Part shown: positions 47,666 to 62,500 of the stretch, in pieces | How positions within the stretch are numbered: position 1 is the stretch's first letter | Layout of the letters: each line of letters begins with the position of its first letter | Assembly (NCBI GenBank): GCA_043228905.1 | Contig: JBHGNT010000005.1 | Location: 15,624,001 to 15,688,000, forward strand | From: Azolla caroliniana | Lineage: Eukaryota; Plantae; Polypodiophyta | DNA length: 64,000 nt | Reading direction: 5' to 3' | Notes under the pieces: generated by a model | Seen by the model: the letters and a program-made list of their open reading frames with translations, nothing else | Told to the model about the DNA's origin: nothing | The model's database searches: none | Program-made: the position numbers and the translations under genes

Positions 47666-50600
47666 TCATATTAATTCATGTAAGCTGCTGGATCGGCTAT
47701 ATCGTTGCTGAAGATATTCCTCAATGAATTGATTGGAATTAGGGTAATCCATGCTTTGATCATGATATCGCACATCATCGTCATCATCCAGATCACATAG
47801 GGCTACATTTAAATGGTTGCGTAGATCACAATCATTCAACGTAAGTATATTATCATAGCATTCGTCGATACTTTTGGGCTCTTGTCTGAAGTGTGCATCT
47901 GCACCATGGCCTTCTTTTAATATGTGCAAAATCTGTAAATACTCAGGGCCAATTTCCTCAGGTTTGAAAGGTTATTTATTACTAGTAACAGTTAAAAGTT
48001 TTTGAAATCTTATGATTCAAGTGGAAATCAATATTAAACTCTTTACCTTCTTCATGCAAGGTCTTGCTAGGGATGACTGCCTAAGGCAAAGAGAAGCTGC
48101 AAACATCATATTTTTAAGCTGGTATGCATTATATTGTCCATTCAGATTTTCATCTACCGCTCTGCCAAAACTAGATTCATCCTTCAAAAGTGGCTTGGCC
48201 TGCAATAGTAAAGATCCCTTGCTTTAGAACAACCAATTTAATAAATCAAACACATAGACAGAGATATATCGATATCGATATCGATATAGATATAGATTTT
48301 CAATAATGGAAGTGGAGAGCTAATTAAGAGTTTTTCGTACCCAGATCACCAAGTTCTCTTCAGATATCCTATTTTGAGTTGGATGCCGGCCAGAGATTAA
48401 TTCCAGCAAAACCACACCGAAAGAGTAAACATCAGTTTTGTCATTCACTTTGCCAAACATGAAATATTCCGGAGCAAGATACCTACCCAATTTTACACGT
48501 GAAATAAGTTAAACCTCTCATACCTTAGAAATGTATACGTTGCAAAAACAAAAATCAGCATGATGTCAATATAAAAAAACATCAATTTAATCTGTGTCAA
48601 TACAATCCTGATGAAAGTACCCGAATGTCCCCACGACATCATTGCAGATAAGGTGCGACGATGTAGCTGGAGCCCATTTTGAGAGACCAAAATCTGTCAA
48701 CTATGGACCAACAAAACTAGTCTTCTTTCATTCAACTTATTTTCGGCACTACTCCAGTTATGAGGGAAGAAGGAATAGCTGATGAAACTATACCTGTGGT
48801 GATAAATCTGATAAAAGAACGATGTTTGAGGACTTAATATCCCTATGTATAACCGGCCTTGAAGAATTATGCAAGTATGCCAAAGCTTCTGCGATGCCAA
48901 CAGCGACTTTGTATCGGATGTTCCATGGAACTACAGCCTTGTCTTTACCTGCTTCTCATCAAGTATACATACATATAGGTTATAAGTATAGCTATGCTAG
49001 AAATTTTGAGTTTGCATAGCAAAATGAACCGCACTATTTTCAAGATTTGTTTTACTAGGTTTGTGAAGGCTTATTTTCTTTTCTTTTCTTTTCAATGGCA
49101 AGCATTGGACCAATTAACATCTCTTATTGCATAAGAAAAGATAATGTGCTCATTCTTATCTTCCATGATACTAAATGAAAGTATTTGCTCATGTGTACCT
49201 AATTGTATTACACATCCACAAGATTTCTCAAAAACCAACCGAAACCCCTGAGCACGTACCATGCAATTTCTGCTCGAGGTCGCCTTCGGGTGCGAATGTG
49301 TAGACAAGCAAGTAGCGCCGATGGCAATTACTGATACAATGGCCAATAAGCCGCACAATGTGTGGATGTTGCAACCTTCTCACGATCTCCATTTCTGTAA
49401 AGAAGGCCCTCTCGGAGTCGCACAAATTGTTGAAGGATTTGACAGCCACAGTGCAGCCATTCGGAAGCATCCCGCGGTAAACATCACTGCACCCACCTTT
49501 CCCAATGATGTTATCTGGAATGAAATCCATGTAAACCATCAACATGTACTGGAGATGTTTTTCCACTAATTCAACAAACAAAACAAATAACGTGAAACAA
49601 TCTTTCCTTTTTCTCATGGTGGTGGTTCTTACCCATAGAGAAATGATTTGTCGCTCTTTCTAGTTCAGGAAATTCAAACACCAGGCAGGGCATGGTTTTG
49701 CAGAGCAGAGAATCTCTTTGTGGTTGAGGCAATTTTTCCGAGGTACATGCTACTGAATCATCCTCCGTCACATTGTCGGAAATCATCTCTAATCGGTACT
49801 TCTCATCTATAGAAGGATCCGATGCATATCTCTTTCGAGCACATCGGACATGAAGTGGTTTTGTCCGCTCTGGTAATTGTAAGGCCCATTCTATTACAGT
49901 CATCGGGTGCAGCAGTCGTGGGCGTGGCTTATTCACATAGGACAAGGATATAGAGTGATGCAATAAGGGCCATCCGATAGGCATCTTTGCTTTGCTATTG
50001 CATCGTACCTTTGCGTTTGCTCGACATGATTCTTTCCAGCATTTTAGAAGACGTGGGGAAGCAGTCTTGGCCAGATTAGTGGGCCCCTCATCTTCTTTCC
50101 ACTTCAGGAGAAAGGTCTGCTGGAATGAGCCTTTAAGCTCCTGAACCGATTGTTGTTTCCTCTTGGCAGCAATGGAATGAGGCAAAGAACCTGTGTTTCT
50201 CGGTTCAAGTTGTGTTAGGTATTTGTAAGGGTGAAAGAAGCATAAACATAGCGGATGGATTCGTCTCTGCAACGAAGATTCGTCGCACGTCTTCCTTGAT
50301 TCACCAGTGCTCTTCGCATTCACTATTCGCTTTTGCACTTCAATGCTCAGAGTTACAGTCCCTTTCCCTTTCAAACTATCAGCTGACTTAGAAATGGAAG
50401 GGGAGGGGGGGGGATGAGAAGGAGCAATTTAGGAGGAGGATGATGGCACTAGAATTCTCATTAATATTACAGAATCTACACCAAACTTAAATTAGAGATC
50501 ATACTGAAGGATGAGAGCTTAAAACTGACATGAAACAAATAGACTTACCCATGCTTCTCATAGCACCTGCTCTTTCGAACACAACTCTTCCATAATGGAT

Positions 50601-51316
50601 GACGAGAACTGAGCAACTGGTGGATAGGTGTCGGGAACAGTACATTGCTATCGGAAAGGTTCTGCAATTTACAGGAGAGCAATTTACCAAATACAACAAA
50701 CCATACATGCATTATTACATTACATTCCATTACCATGGCAATGAGTAATGGATGGATGGATGGATGGATCCATCCTAGGGAAGGATCAAGTGTCTTCATA
50801 CCTGGGAGGTTGTATGCTACTAGCATTATTCTTATCCCTAGTACCCAGTATCAATCTGACAGTATTGTAGCTTTTAGCTTCCTTCACCAACGCTTGCTTT
50901 GCTGAGGTTCCAGCGCAGATGATGACCTTCAGCTGCAAATCAATCTGAACACAAGGAAGGAAAGAGAGATCATAGTAAATTATGGTGATAATACAAACAA
51001 TCCAGAACGAAAAGGGTTCAAAAGAAAATATATGATGCACAACCCTCACATTGTTGAGGCGACAGAAGTCATCATAAACTCCGGAGAGGGAATGAAAGAA
51101 ATGGCTATGGCTATGGCTATGGCTATGGCTATGCCCATCATTATGACTGCTGATGATGACGTGGACGGCTACCACACGATCGCCTGGCTTGCTGAATTTG
51201 GCCAGGCTCCACGTCAGCATCTCCCTGCTCCGACACTCCCATTTCACGCCCACCATCACCACCGCCACCGCATCATTCGCATTCAGATTCATATTCGTAT
51301 TCGTATTCGTATTCAT
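47666..51316 (-). CDS. Receptor-like cytoplasmic Ser/Thr kinase with N-terminal USP/adenine-nucleotide-alpha-hydrolase-like domain (RLCK-VI-like), 10 exons
   Basis: GT-AG exons 51050-51316, 50802-50944, 50549-50661, 49633-50382, 49260-49514, 48794-48948, 48621-48700, 48341-48482, 48047-48199 and 47666-47932 splice in frame. Motifs: LTWSL...[63 protein letters not shown]. Confidence 0.92.
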
Positions 51317-51536
51317 ATATTCATATTGATTGGTGAGAGAGCATTAGCAGGCAGACTACATGTGTGTACAGACACCCCACCCATATACCCATATCCCTCC
51401 ACACACACACACATATACATATGTATGTACATATATATCATTATATGTATATATATAGTTGGGGGGTGTGTGTGTCGAGAGAGAGAGATGGTGTGTTTGT
51501 TTGGTGTATTTAATACAAGTGGGGGGGGGGGGGGGG

Positions 51537-51575
<39 letters not shown>

Positions 51576-52185
51576 GCTCTTAAAAGTCCCTTTGAGGGAC
51601 ATCTCATAACTGCAAATGATGATCCATAGATGAGCCAAAACCCAAAAGGGAAGGAGAAGGGGAAGTCCCTAAGTCTTCTTTGTCTCTTCTTCTTCTTCCT
51701 TCTTCTTCTTGGTGTTGGTGGTGGTCAATGTCATAGCCACCATGCTATATTAGAGGTTGTTCCGCTTTCGTCGATTTCTCTTCTTGTGCTTTTACCTTTG
51801 AGCAATGGTGGAAAATTACTACATATTCTACATGCATCTTTATTTGCCTACTACTAGTACTACTACCCTGGAGCCATGAAGGTTGTGTTAGGAATGGACA
51901 CCATCAAATTTCTATATTTATTAGTTGTAAGATTTTCCTCGATCACATGAGGTGGGTGGTTAGCAATAAGTATATAGCAAAATGTCCCACACACACATGC
52001 ATGCATGTGTTTCTCGCGTCCTTCATTTGTGACCTTATTTAAAAGGTTCAAACTTGCCAGATAGCTTGCCTCTCTCTTTACCAAATGGAAGAAGAACCAT
52101 GCCTATCATAGATGAGAGATTGCGAAGATGTTCTCGATTGCATCATGACACGTGTGAATGAAATTCAAAGACCATGTTCATGGCA

Positions 52186-52335
52186 TTTTTCATTTTGGAA
52201 TGCGTCTTGCATTGATTAAAAAAGGGCGTACAATTCAAACTGTTGTATTCATCTTGGATAGTGTCTTGCATTGATTAAAGCACAAACCAGAATTCAAGTG
52301 TTATATTCATTTTGGATTGGCCCTAGCGTTGATTA
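52186..52335. repeat. Diverged ~60-bp tandem repeat (about 2.5 copies) upstream of the kinase gene
   Basis: TTCAT(T/C)TTGGA...TTGATTA occurs three times. Confidence 0.6.
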
Positions 52336-53254
52336 GAATGAGGACTGGAATTCTTATTTGCCTCATGAAACAATAAAACAAGAGAACCATGGGGTGTGCG
52401 TGCGTGTGTGTGTGTGTTGAGAGAGGGGGGGGCAACAAGGGGCTTTTTCTTAATTGAGAAATGACACATGCCAGGATAAACTCTAAAACTCTTTACTTCT
52501 ATTACACTTTTTCCCCAAGTGTTTGATACTAATTGGGATATATGGTACCAAAAGAATGACTTGGATGTGTAACCACCATAAGGCGTTGTTGGAACACAAC
52601 ACATCTTCATTGCACCTTGAAACACAACTTAGACTATGATATGGTGTATGGTTTGTCTTCTTATTCAACTTGAAACATAATTTAGAGCCTACAATGTCAT
52701 AGGGTCTTATCATTCTATGCAACTTGATTCACAATAACCAAACCAAAGAGATTATCACTTTCGTACCTACCTTGTGGATGTATGACGCCTCACAAGGAAA
52801 AGCCAACAATATTTCTTCATTGATTATTAGCATTGCCTTTAATAAGACAAGATTGTGGTCTTGGGTTGTGGAATGTGAATTGGTAAAGCCTTTTTTCTTG
52901 CTTTCAAACAAAACAATATGAAGATCTTTTCTAATGAATGCAAAATCCCCATTGCTCAAGACTTTAAACCCACAATGTCAAGGCGTCCTTTACCACTCCA
53001 TTGCAGATCTATGGAACAAAATGATGGGGTGTGTAAAGTCACTTTTTTATGGGTAAAGACAATGTGGTCATCAACTTCACGGCTAGCATGTAATATCTAT
53101 GTTTGGCTCACATTCTTGTCTTTTTGTCAACTCAAATGATGTAATTTGATTGACTCTTCCTACCAAAGTTGATTTCTTTTGCAATAATTATTGGTGATGT
53201 CTTTTGCTGAAGCATACTTTGTCAAATTACTTTAGAAGAAATGATTTATTTGAG

Positions 53255-53417
53255 ATGAGATATGGCACATTGCAATCTTATTTGTTGACATTCTATGTCA
53301 AAGATGTGCAACTAGGAGAAGAAAACAATGTCGGCATGAGATATGGCACATTGCAATCTTATTTGTTGACATTCTATTGCAAAGATGTGCAACCAGGAGA
53401 AGAAAACAATGTCGGCA
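53255..53417. repeat. 81-bp tandem duplication
   Basis: ATGAGATATGGCACATTGC at 53255 and 53336. Confidence 0.9.
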
Positions 53418-54306
53418 CTTGGCTTGTTACCTTGTAGAAGTCTTGATCATAAGAAATGAGTCTATCTATAATATACTTATGGGAATGAGTCTCTATCTTA
53501 TTTATCCTGTCCCGTGAAAAATGAATGTATGACAATAAATGGTCCTTCCTTATAAACGTCGGTTTTCAGAGGAAAGGATATTGAGGTCTTGGCTTTAACA
53601 AGGTGGAGGAAAGTGCCAGAATGTCCCCGTTTTTTGGTATCTTTACGGAAAGTAAGAAAGGAATTGTGAGAATTTTCTAAAGCTTAATTTCGGGGTTTTG
53701 CATAATTAGTAACAAAGGTGTATCCCCTACTTGTCATCGTGCTTTCTTGACTATAGTAAATACATACTTTTGTGTCTTTTACGTTGTAACTATTATTCTA
53801 TTCTAAAATTTCTCACTTTCTTTCTTGTAAATAGAATCATATTAATCATGAAAAATAAAAACAACTATAGAAATTCAAAGACAAACGACCTTGGGATCTC
53901 AATCGAGATCACATAGACTTTTAGAAGCCATGTGACGAAAAGGCCAACATAAGGTGAACATGATGCCTTTCCAACTCACATGTTTGGATCTCACTAGGCA
54001 ATAACATGCCATAATGTTTCCAATGACAAAAATTGCCAACATGCCATTGTCCAATTGCTTATTGTGACAAAAACATACACTAAACACGCCATAATACCCA
54101 ATACCTTAATAACTCAAAAGCATTTGAAAGTTTAGTTAGAAGACTTTAACAAGCCAATTGTCTTGAATGTCTAAGAATTTTGTAGAAAGAACCATTCAAC
54201 TACATTGCAATTTTCTTTCACATATTTTTTTCTTGTTTCGATTAGAGGATTAACACTAATGATAAGCCATTCTCTAAAGCCATAAAACAACTTAAATAAA
54301 CACAAT

Positions 54307-54358
<52 letters not shown>

Positions 54359-54360
54359 GT

Positions 54361-55388
54361 AGGCAAGCGAGCATACTATGCATTTGAGAACACATGCAAT
54401 CTTGGAGATATTAAGTGTTGGGTCCTCAAGAAATATCTTTTCGACACTTTGGTGACACCGGTTCTTCTTTATGGGGTGGAAGTATGGGGCGGTATCCCTA
54501 AATCTATGTGGATGAGTTTGAAAATGTCCAAAAGCATTTTCTTACCAAGTTTCTACAAGTTAAGAAACAAACGCCCTACACCCACCTCCTCCTTGAGACG
54601 GGATCACTTCCCATTGAGATCATGGCCATGGAAAGGGTTGTTGAATACATGCTTAAGGTTCAAAAAAGTCCCTCACATCGACTTCCTAGAATTGCGTGGG
54701 AAGCAAGCAAAAAGATAAAAAAGACGCATAAAAGCAAAATTTTGTGTTCCGGTTGGATGCAAGATATAGAAAAATGGTTTGGTAGATGGGATGCGAGACA
54801 CTTGCTTCATGATGCATCATTAGATTCCTCTGTAAATGAGGTATTTTTGCAACGCCAATGTATCATGACATGGGACAAATGTGGAGGCTCACACTTCACA
54901 CATTATACTACACATGTTGCACCTAACTACAAAACCATATTCTATGCGGAACGGGGAAATCGTACACATCCATACATGTTAGAGCCCATATCGTTATCTG
55001 CCATTCGAACCATTGCTTCCATGCGACTTAGCTCACATGCATTGCGATGTGAAACAAGGCGTTGGGGTACAAGTGATGAGAGTGGTCGGCTATGCACACT
55101 TTGCCCTAAACAAGTTCGCGAGTCTGAGTATCACACTTTGATACAATGCTTTGCCTTTGATCATATTCAACCATGCTTTCCACACCTCTTCGATCGAGCC
55201 CAATCTTTGCATGAATTCCTCTCACAACCACAATGTACACTCTCGATTGCAACATTCATTGGTAAAGTTCTTGAACATCGAGAGTCACTACTCACTTTCA
55301 CACGTATCATGTGAAATGTAATATTTTTGGTCTCATAGGTCATATTTGACCTCCGAAGACGATAATATAATCTATCTATCTATCTATC
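54361..55388 (+). mobile_element. 5'-truncated RTEX-like LINE copy
   Basis: Near-identical to the 3' 1 kb of the 28287-32882 element, with (CTAT)n tail; follows a long (CT)n at 54311-54356. Confidence 0.93.
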
Positions 55389-58319
55389 TCTTTGGTAAAA
55401 GCACACAATTATATTAATTGTATGTAAAATCCACTTAGTTACAACACATCTTAGTCTCCTCTACCCATCATATGCATATGTAGGGAGAGGGACGTCTTGT
55501 AATGTGTTGTAGACCCCAATAACGTAAAAATTGGAACAATATCTCCATCTCATCATTTGAACCATTTTGAACATATTGAGAAAAAACCTAGTGTTGAGCT
55601 CTCAAACAACAACAAGTTAAAACTTGCCAAATGTCTGATAAGTACTTCCAAATGGTACACGCTATAGGACATTTAATGAACCTATGTGTACTATCCTCCA
55701 ATGGAACGGTGCAAAAGAAACAAGTGCTAGACCCTAGTCCTCGTCTCTTTAAGGCCGAACCTAATGGGAGCCCTCCAATCATGACTCTCCATACGAATAC
55801 CTTTGCACGAAATGGTAGATGGGAATGCCAACGCTGTAATATTTTCCACCACCTTGCATCTGACTTACATACACTCCACAACTTCACTGCTTTAGGAGAT
55901 AGCCAAGATAATGATGCCATCACATGATGATACATAATATTTGTAGTGACCTGTAACAAGAGTGTACCATCTTGTAACCGCCAATCCACCCAAGGTGCAA
56001 AATTTGTTTTCAATGGCAAAGATCCTTGCAACAATGGTATATCTTATAATTTCTCCCAAATAAATCCATAATTTGGGGGAATACATAACCATCGCTTGAC
56101 ATCTTCAAAATACGACAAACTTTGAGATTCATTATCAACCACATCTTCCAAATGTACAATCCCTAATCGAAATAAACGATTGAATTGAGATCTCAACTTC
56201 TCTTTCCCATGCCAAAACAACACTCGAGAAGAAACAAGCAATTCATTTTGTAATGAATTACAATATTCTCGATCACTTGATCCTCCCCATTCAAAAAGAG
56301 ATAATGCATCTTGCCACGATCTTACCAAATGTTGTCCACATACAGAATGTCGAATCTTTAGAGGAATACTTCCATTGAGTAATGACCATTAGGATGCTTG
56401 AATCTTTGTTTTCCCGTGCACCAATCCTTCATGCTCAATAAAATAGTGCATCATAGATATCCATGGTTGATCTTGTTGACATATATCTCGTAATAATGCA
56501 AATCTATGAGCCATCAAATGCCTTTCCAAATCCAATATTGCTGCATCACCTAACCCTTAAGGAGTAGCCAAATGGTCCCATGAAATCCATGTAACTCCCA
56601 TCATTTCTCCCTTCCACCACAACATGAAACGAATAGGTTGTAACATGTTTTGTAATTCCTTCTTCGTCCAAGGTAGTAAAGGCAAAAAATATAATAACAT
56701 GGGTATCAAGATACATTGCACCAGTTTGAGTCGTACATGAAAGGGCCATAATTGAGACTTCCAATAAATAAAATTTTCCTTCAATTTACTACCAATCCAA
56801 TCAATCAATTGAACATTTGTAACATCAACACCCAATGGATAACCCAAATGTCGATAAATTGGTCCTCGTGTAATCACTGACCCTCGCCATCCCAAACATT
56901 CCAAATCACTCTCCGTACAAGAAATAAGGCAAGACTTCCTCCAAATTATATACAAACCTGAAGCCAAAACAAATTGATCCCAAACTTTCATACTCCTTTT
57001 AAGATTTTCTTTTGAGGCTTGTAAAAACATAAAAGAATCACTGGCTAATGCTTGTGCCACCAATTGTCCACTAGAAGGAAGATGCAAACCCACAATATCA
57101 CCACTGGTGACAAGTTTTGACAACATTACTAACAAAGGATGTGTACAATAGCAAATAACAATGGGCTTAGTGGACATCCTTGCCGCACGGATCTAGTAAG
57201 AAACACTTTCGGAGTAACTCCACCATTAACCATCACACCCAAGGTTGCATTTTGCCCTAGCAAAAAGATAAGTCGACACATACGTGAACCAAACCCCATA
57301 TTATACATCACATTTTAGAGGAAAGACCAATTAACATGATCATATGGTTTTTCCAAATCTAATTGCACCATAATCATTTCTTGATGTGTATGTCGAGCAT
57401 AATTGGTAGCCATTTGAACATTCAAAACATTATGCAATATATTTCTACCTATAATAAAACCATATTGAGATGGATGAATAAGTTGAGGTAAGAACTTCTA
57501 AAGTCTGTTGGATAATACTTTGCAAACACTTTGTACAACCCTCCCATCAATGAAATAGGCCTTCATTGATGAAATGACTTTGGAGATGGTACCTTTGGTA
57601 TTAATTTGATAAAGCCCACCTTCCAGCTCTCAAGCATGAAACCAGAATCTCAACATTGTTGAAACATTTGTGTGAATGGAATCTTAAGCATTCCATCATA
57701 CTTGTTAAAAACTTCATTTGTAACACCATCCCAACCAGGGCTTTTACCATTTGGAAGGTGTAACAATACCTTTTCCACCTCAGCTTCTTTAAAATCAACA
57801 TCCAATTCTTGACAAATATTTGTATTCATGACACTCCCAATTACATCATAAAACTCTTGTTGTGCTTTCAACACACATTAATAATCAACTCTAGCCCAAT
57901 CAAATTCTTAAAATGAGTAACACATAGCTCAATAACCTTGATTGGCTCTACAATAATGTCATCCCCTATCTGAATTTGTACCACATTTGAACGAGCATAT
58001 GGTGGTCTTAATCCTTGACAAAACATATGAGATTGTGATTGATTATCTATAAATCCCTCCTTTAATTGACATAGTCATGTTTGTTGATAACTTTGACAAG
58101 AAAAATTCTTCACAATGTCCTGTACTTCAACTTGAACATCCAAAAGCTCTTCATCATAAATATTATTCATCAATAGTACATTGTATCTTGTAAGAATATA
58201 TGAAAACTTATAAATCAATTTCTTACGTCTTTAAGCATTAGTCATACCATACATACGATGAATATCATTGATGTTTTGTAGTGTTGTATCCCATTGTAAA
58301 GAATCAGGTATGATTCTTG

Positions 58320-58662
58320 TGTAGCGGAAGAGATGTGTGTTATGTATATGTGTGAGAGGAATTAGAGGAGAGAAGAGAGAACACAAGATAGATAGAAAAA
58401 GGAATACTCAAGAAGAAGGTGTATATTCACAAATAGAATTAGGAAATACAAAATGTAGCATTACAAGGAGTCACAACCGACTTAGTATGAAGTATGAGGA
58501 GGGTGCTTTATATAGAGTCACCCTCTCTCTTCATTAACTTACAACAATCACTTTCTCTCTTGGGGAATGTGAAGACTCATAGTCATGGGGAATATGTAAC
58601 CCATTAGTTATGTGTCATAGAATATGATTCTATGACACATAGTTAATTTGTAGAGAGTAGTG
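58320..58662 (-). mobile_element. LTR-like fragment inserted in the L1
   Basis: Minus-strand end CTTCCGCTACA is Copia-LTR-like, with TATATAA and CT-rich tracts; flanked by GGTATGA(TT/CC)CTTG direct repeats. Confidence 0.55.
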
Positions 58663-61255
58663 GTATGACCCTTGACCTTTGAGTAATCATAGATTCTTAA
58701 AAGGTGTGTTCACACGTTGTGCTATGTTGAACTTGATTCTCAACACCCATGCATGCCATCCTTTTGAAATAACTTGTTCTGAAAACATGCCAAAAATTTG
58801 TGGCATACAGGCATCGAATAAGGAATGTAATAATAAAGAAGAATTAAACCTCAAAGGAACTCGATCAAGCAATGTTTTGTATATATTTACCCCATGATTA
58901 ATAAACTCAAAACATATGGAAAAATGATCCAATGTCCCAAACTCTTGCATAATTGACATATTAAGCATCTTTGGCAAAAAGGACTCATCATGCATAACAT
59001 ACATTCTATCTAACCTACTCCATGTTTCCTTATATTGCATAGACTGAAATGTAAACCCAACCTCATCTTGATGCAATCATTTCCATACATCCAACTTCAA
59101 AACCTTTGATGCCAATCTGTCCCAAACAGGTTGCTCAGGAGAATCCATCAATGAGAATCATGAAGTAAATTGTGAAGCATCAACACACATATTAAAATCA
59201 CCCATTAGCAAATCAACATGGCCCACTAATAACTGTGGATATATTGAAGCACATGACACAATGCGTTGATTAGAATTATTGGGTGCATAGATTCCTACCA
59301 ACCTTATCAAATCCTCAAAATGCTTGACTTCCATCACCAAAACATGTCCATATGGATCATTATAGACTATATGTGGACAAAACAAATCACGAATAATCAT
59401 GACAACCTTTGAGTAATGATGTGATAACTGCCCTGCATAATATGCGGAATATCCACGCAAATGTAACACAGATCCTGCTAAATCACGACACTTATGTTCA
59501 ATTCCGCATAAAACATCCTATTCTTTATCAATAAAGTTTTCCATAATATATACTTCTTATGAGGATAAGATGCCCCTCTCACATTCCATGATACCACTTT
59601 CATTTAATACCTTTAGTAAGAACTTGCTCTTTATGAGCAAGTGTGTACTGACTACTTGTTCAAGAGTTGCATAAGGATTCGTGTGTACTACATCCCCTCC
59701 ACCAATATTAGGGTTTTGTTGTCTAGATCCACAAGAAAGAACTCCTTGATTTAATTGAGGTCGTACCACGCTTCTTGAAGAATTGAATTGTAATTGGTTG
59801 GACAATCTCTGATTTTGCACTTGTTTCTACGAAGGATTTTTCTTAAACCCCTCATTCAATCTCAAATGATCTTTTGGTAATGCCTTACCATTAGTATTTT
59901 TTGTGTCCCTTTGTATTGCAACACCCTTCTCTTTTATCTTATGCTTCACTTGATGCCACTCACCAACTTCAACATCTGGATCATCATTAATACATACTCC
60001 ATACTCCATACTTCATTCTCCTCCCCAACACCTCTAACATGACCATGAACTTTAGGATCTCGCTCTAACCCATGAGATGTTCCCTCATCCATGACCATAT
60101 CAACCATTGAGACAATATCCTTGTCAACATCTTCCTTAATTTTCCCTTTGACATTATTTTCTAGGGATAGTTCACCATGTTATTGACATTTAGCCATAAA
60201 ATGCCCCAATTTACCACATTTAAAACAATGTCCTGCAAAAGTTTCCCATTGAAGCTTAAAACGAAATCGACCAAATTGGGATGTATCTATACTCAACCAT
60301 CCTGGAAGTTTACAACCTGTATCACATAGCATGCAAACTCTACATTTGTTCAACGAATTAACATGAGGAGCAACCAAAACTTTACCAATTTGAGACATCA
60401 ATCCTGGTAGTAAATACCAAAAGAATGAGTTACTACAATCAACGGTCACCCAAATTGGACATTGTTGTTTTAATAGATCTTTATAATCCACCACCGGAAC
60501 CCATTCCATCACATGCACTAATCTTCTATCAAAAAAGATTGGTACCTTTGCCATCAAAGTCGTACGGTGTTCTGACGATTGAAAAACCACATCATAGAAA
60601 CCTCTTGGACCCACATACAGATCCTGAACACAATTACGCATTATGAATGAATTCAACCACTACTTAATCCATGATACCAAAGGAAGTTTGCTAGTGAAAT
60701 ACAAAATAACACCATGATCATAGAACCAGTCATAAGTTTCTAACATAGACTTGGTCTCCATCACCACCTCTACAACATCCTCCTCCACACAATCTTTAGC
60801 ATCTTCCTCATTTTTTTCCATAAAACTAGAAAGTAAAGCCTTAATAAAATCATGATGACTATCAATATCATAATCATCTCCAATAACATCTTTCTCACCA
60901 AGAATAACAACGTATGATGTTTTCTCATGTTCTATAGAATCGATGCACTTTTGCCCCTTGTAATTTTCACAACCATCATTACTACCACATCCATCGACAA
61001 TCATCAACTCACTTCCTGTTGTTGTGTAAGCCATCCTAATAGAGATTGAGAGAACTAACCTGAGATGATGGCAATTTTGTTTGTAGTTTCTTATAACAAT
61101 AACGAAACTTAATGTCAAAATAATCCTTGGAAAGCTCTCTGAATGAGCTTCGCAACAAGCCAAAAAACATAAAAAACAGAGTTCTAACTACAAAATTTAC
61201 ATTAGAAACATGTTTCAACACTATTCTTGGAACGTTATCGCTTCTCTCTCTCTCT

Positions 61256-62500
61256 TGTACTATCTCACAACAAAATGCTCATCGTAAAGAATATGAAGAA
61301 AAATTGAAAAATAAGGTTAAAGATGTGCCTAAAGATGGAAATGTAGGCAAATAGGGACACATGACCTATGAGTCTAACCATGCCTTTTACAACTATGCTT
61401 TTGGAATTCCAATGGATACCCATGGAATGCAGGATTTGGCATAGAGGAGTTCACCGATGACTCAGATATCATACTCTTGTTGAAACATGGGAGCATGATA
61501 CTCAAAGGATTCAAGGTTTACAAAACTATAATGTACACTCTTTGATATGGAAAAAAAATCCAAGACAAAGAAGAGGACAAGGAGGGTGACATGTTTGATT
61601 AAGACGGAAATGGAGAAATAAAAAATGATGAACATAAATGCTATATATGGCTCAAAATAGAAACACCTAATGGTTTGCCCACTTTTGTAGTTGGATGTTA
61701 CATTCCTCATCAAAATTCTAACTTTGATGCTTGTTTGGATAAAGGTCAACCTTTTGCCAATCTAGAAGATGATATTGCTTATTTCAAATCCAAAAGGGAA
61801 GTTATTGTCTTTGGTGACATGAATGATCGTACAAGAAGTTTCCAACTTGATTGACAAGAATCTTTCATGCCACATATCTCAAGGATGCAAGAGGATATGC
61901 AAATGTATAGCCACTCTTCTAGCAATGAAAAAGATCCGGACCAATCTGGGAAGTTACCCCTACAAATGTGCAATAGTACCGGATTTCTTATTGCAAATGG
62001 TATTTCCTTATGGCCCAACACTAATGGTTTTACATGTTGAAAACACAACAGAAATAGTGTGATTGACTATGTGCTACTTTCTGAATGTATTTTGGATTGT
62101 ATACATAAATTCTCACTTGGTGAATGGACACCAGAACCCGATAATAGGCCTTTATGTATTGATCTCAAATGTATGCATAGGTTTGATTGTGAGAAGGCTA
62201 TTGAAGATAATAAACAACCGTACTTAAGCATGAACCTTAAGCGAGCACCCGTGTATTCCAAGATGGTTTAGGATATGTTACAAATGATAAAGATACAACA
62301 TGGTGCCACACTAGAATGCAAATAGGAAGCTTTCAAGAAAGTCATTCTCTCCAATACAAACAAATGTTTTTTGACCAACCGCACATCTTCGAAATGCACC
62401 AAGAAACTTAAGAAAAAATGGTTTGATAAAGAATGTCGTGAAGCTTGAAAGTGCCTTATGGTTTTGGACGTAGTTAAGGATAAAGAGAATTACCAAAAGC
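61256..62500 (+). mobile_element. RTEX-like LINE fragment (ORF1 end plus ORF2 endonuclease), decayed
   Basis: TISQQNA...DGNVGK* then ATG at 61361; colinear with 30540-31799 up to KENYQK. Confidence 0.92.

Larger units (their letters stand above)
53900..61250 (-). mobile_element. Old L1-clade LINE, heavily decayed (ends approximate)
   Basis: ORF1 with CFKCGKLGHFMAKC knuckle (about 60180-61035); EN (GIYAPN, MGDFN, SRLDR); RT (KSPGWDG, VRQGCPLSP, RHLGYPL); zf-RVT-like CFFC..H..C. Confidence 0.88.
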
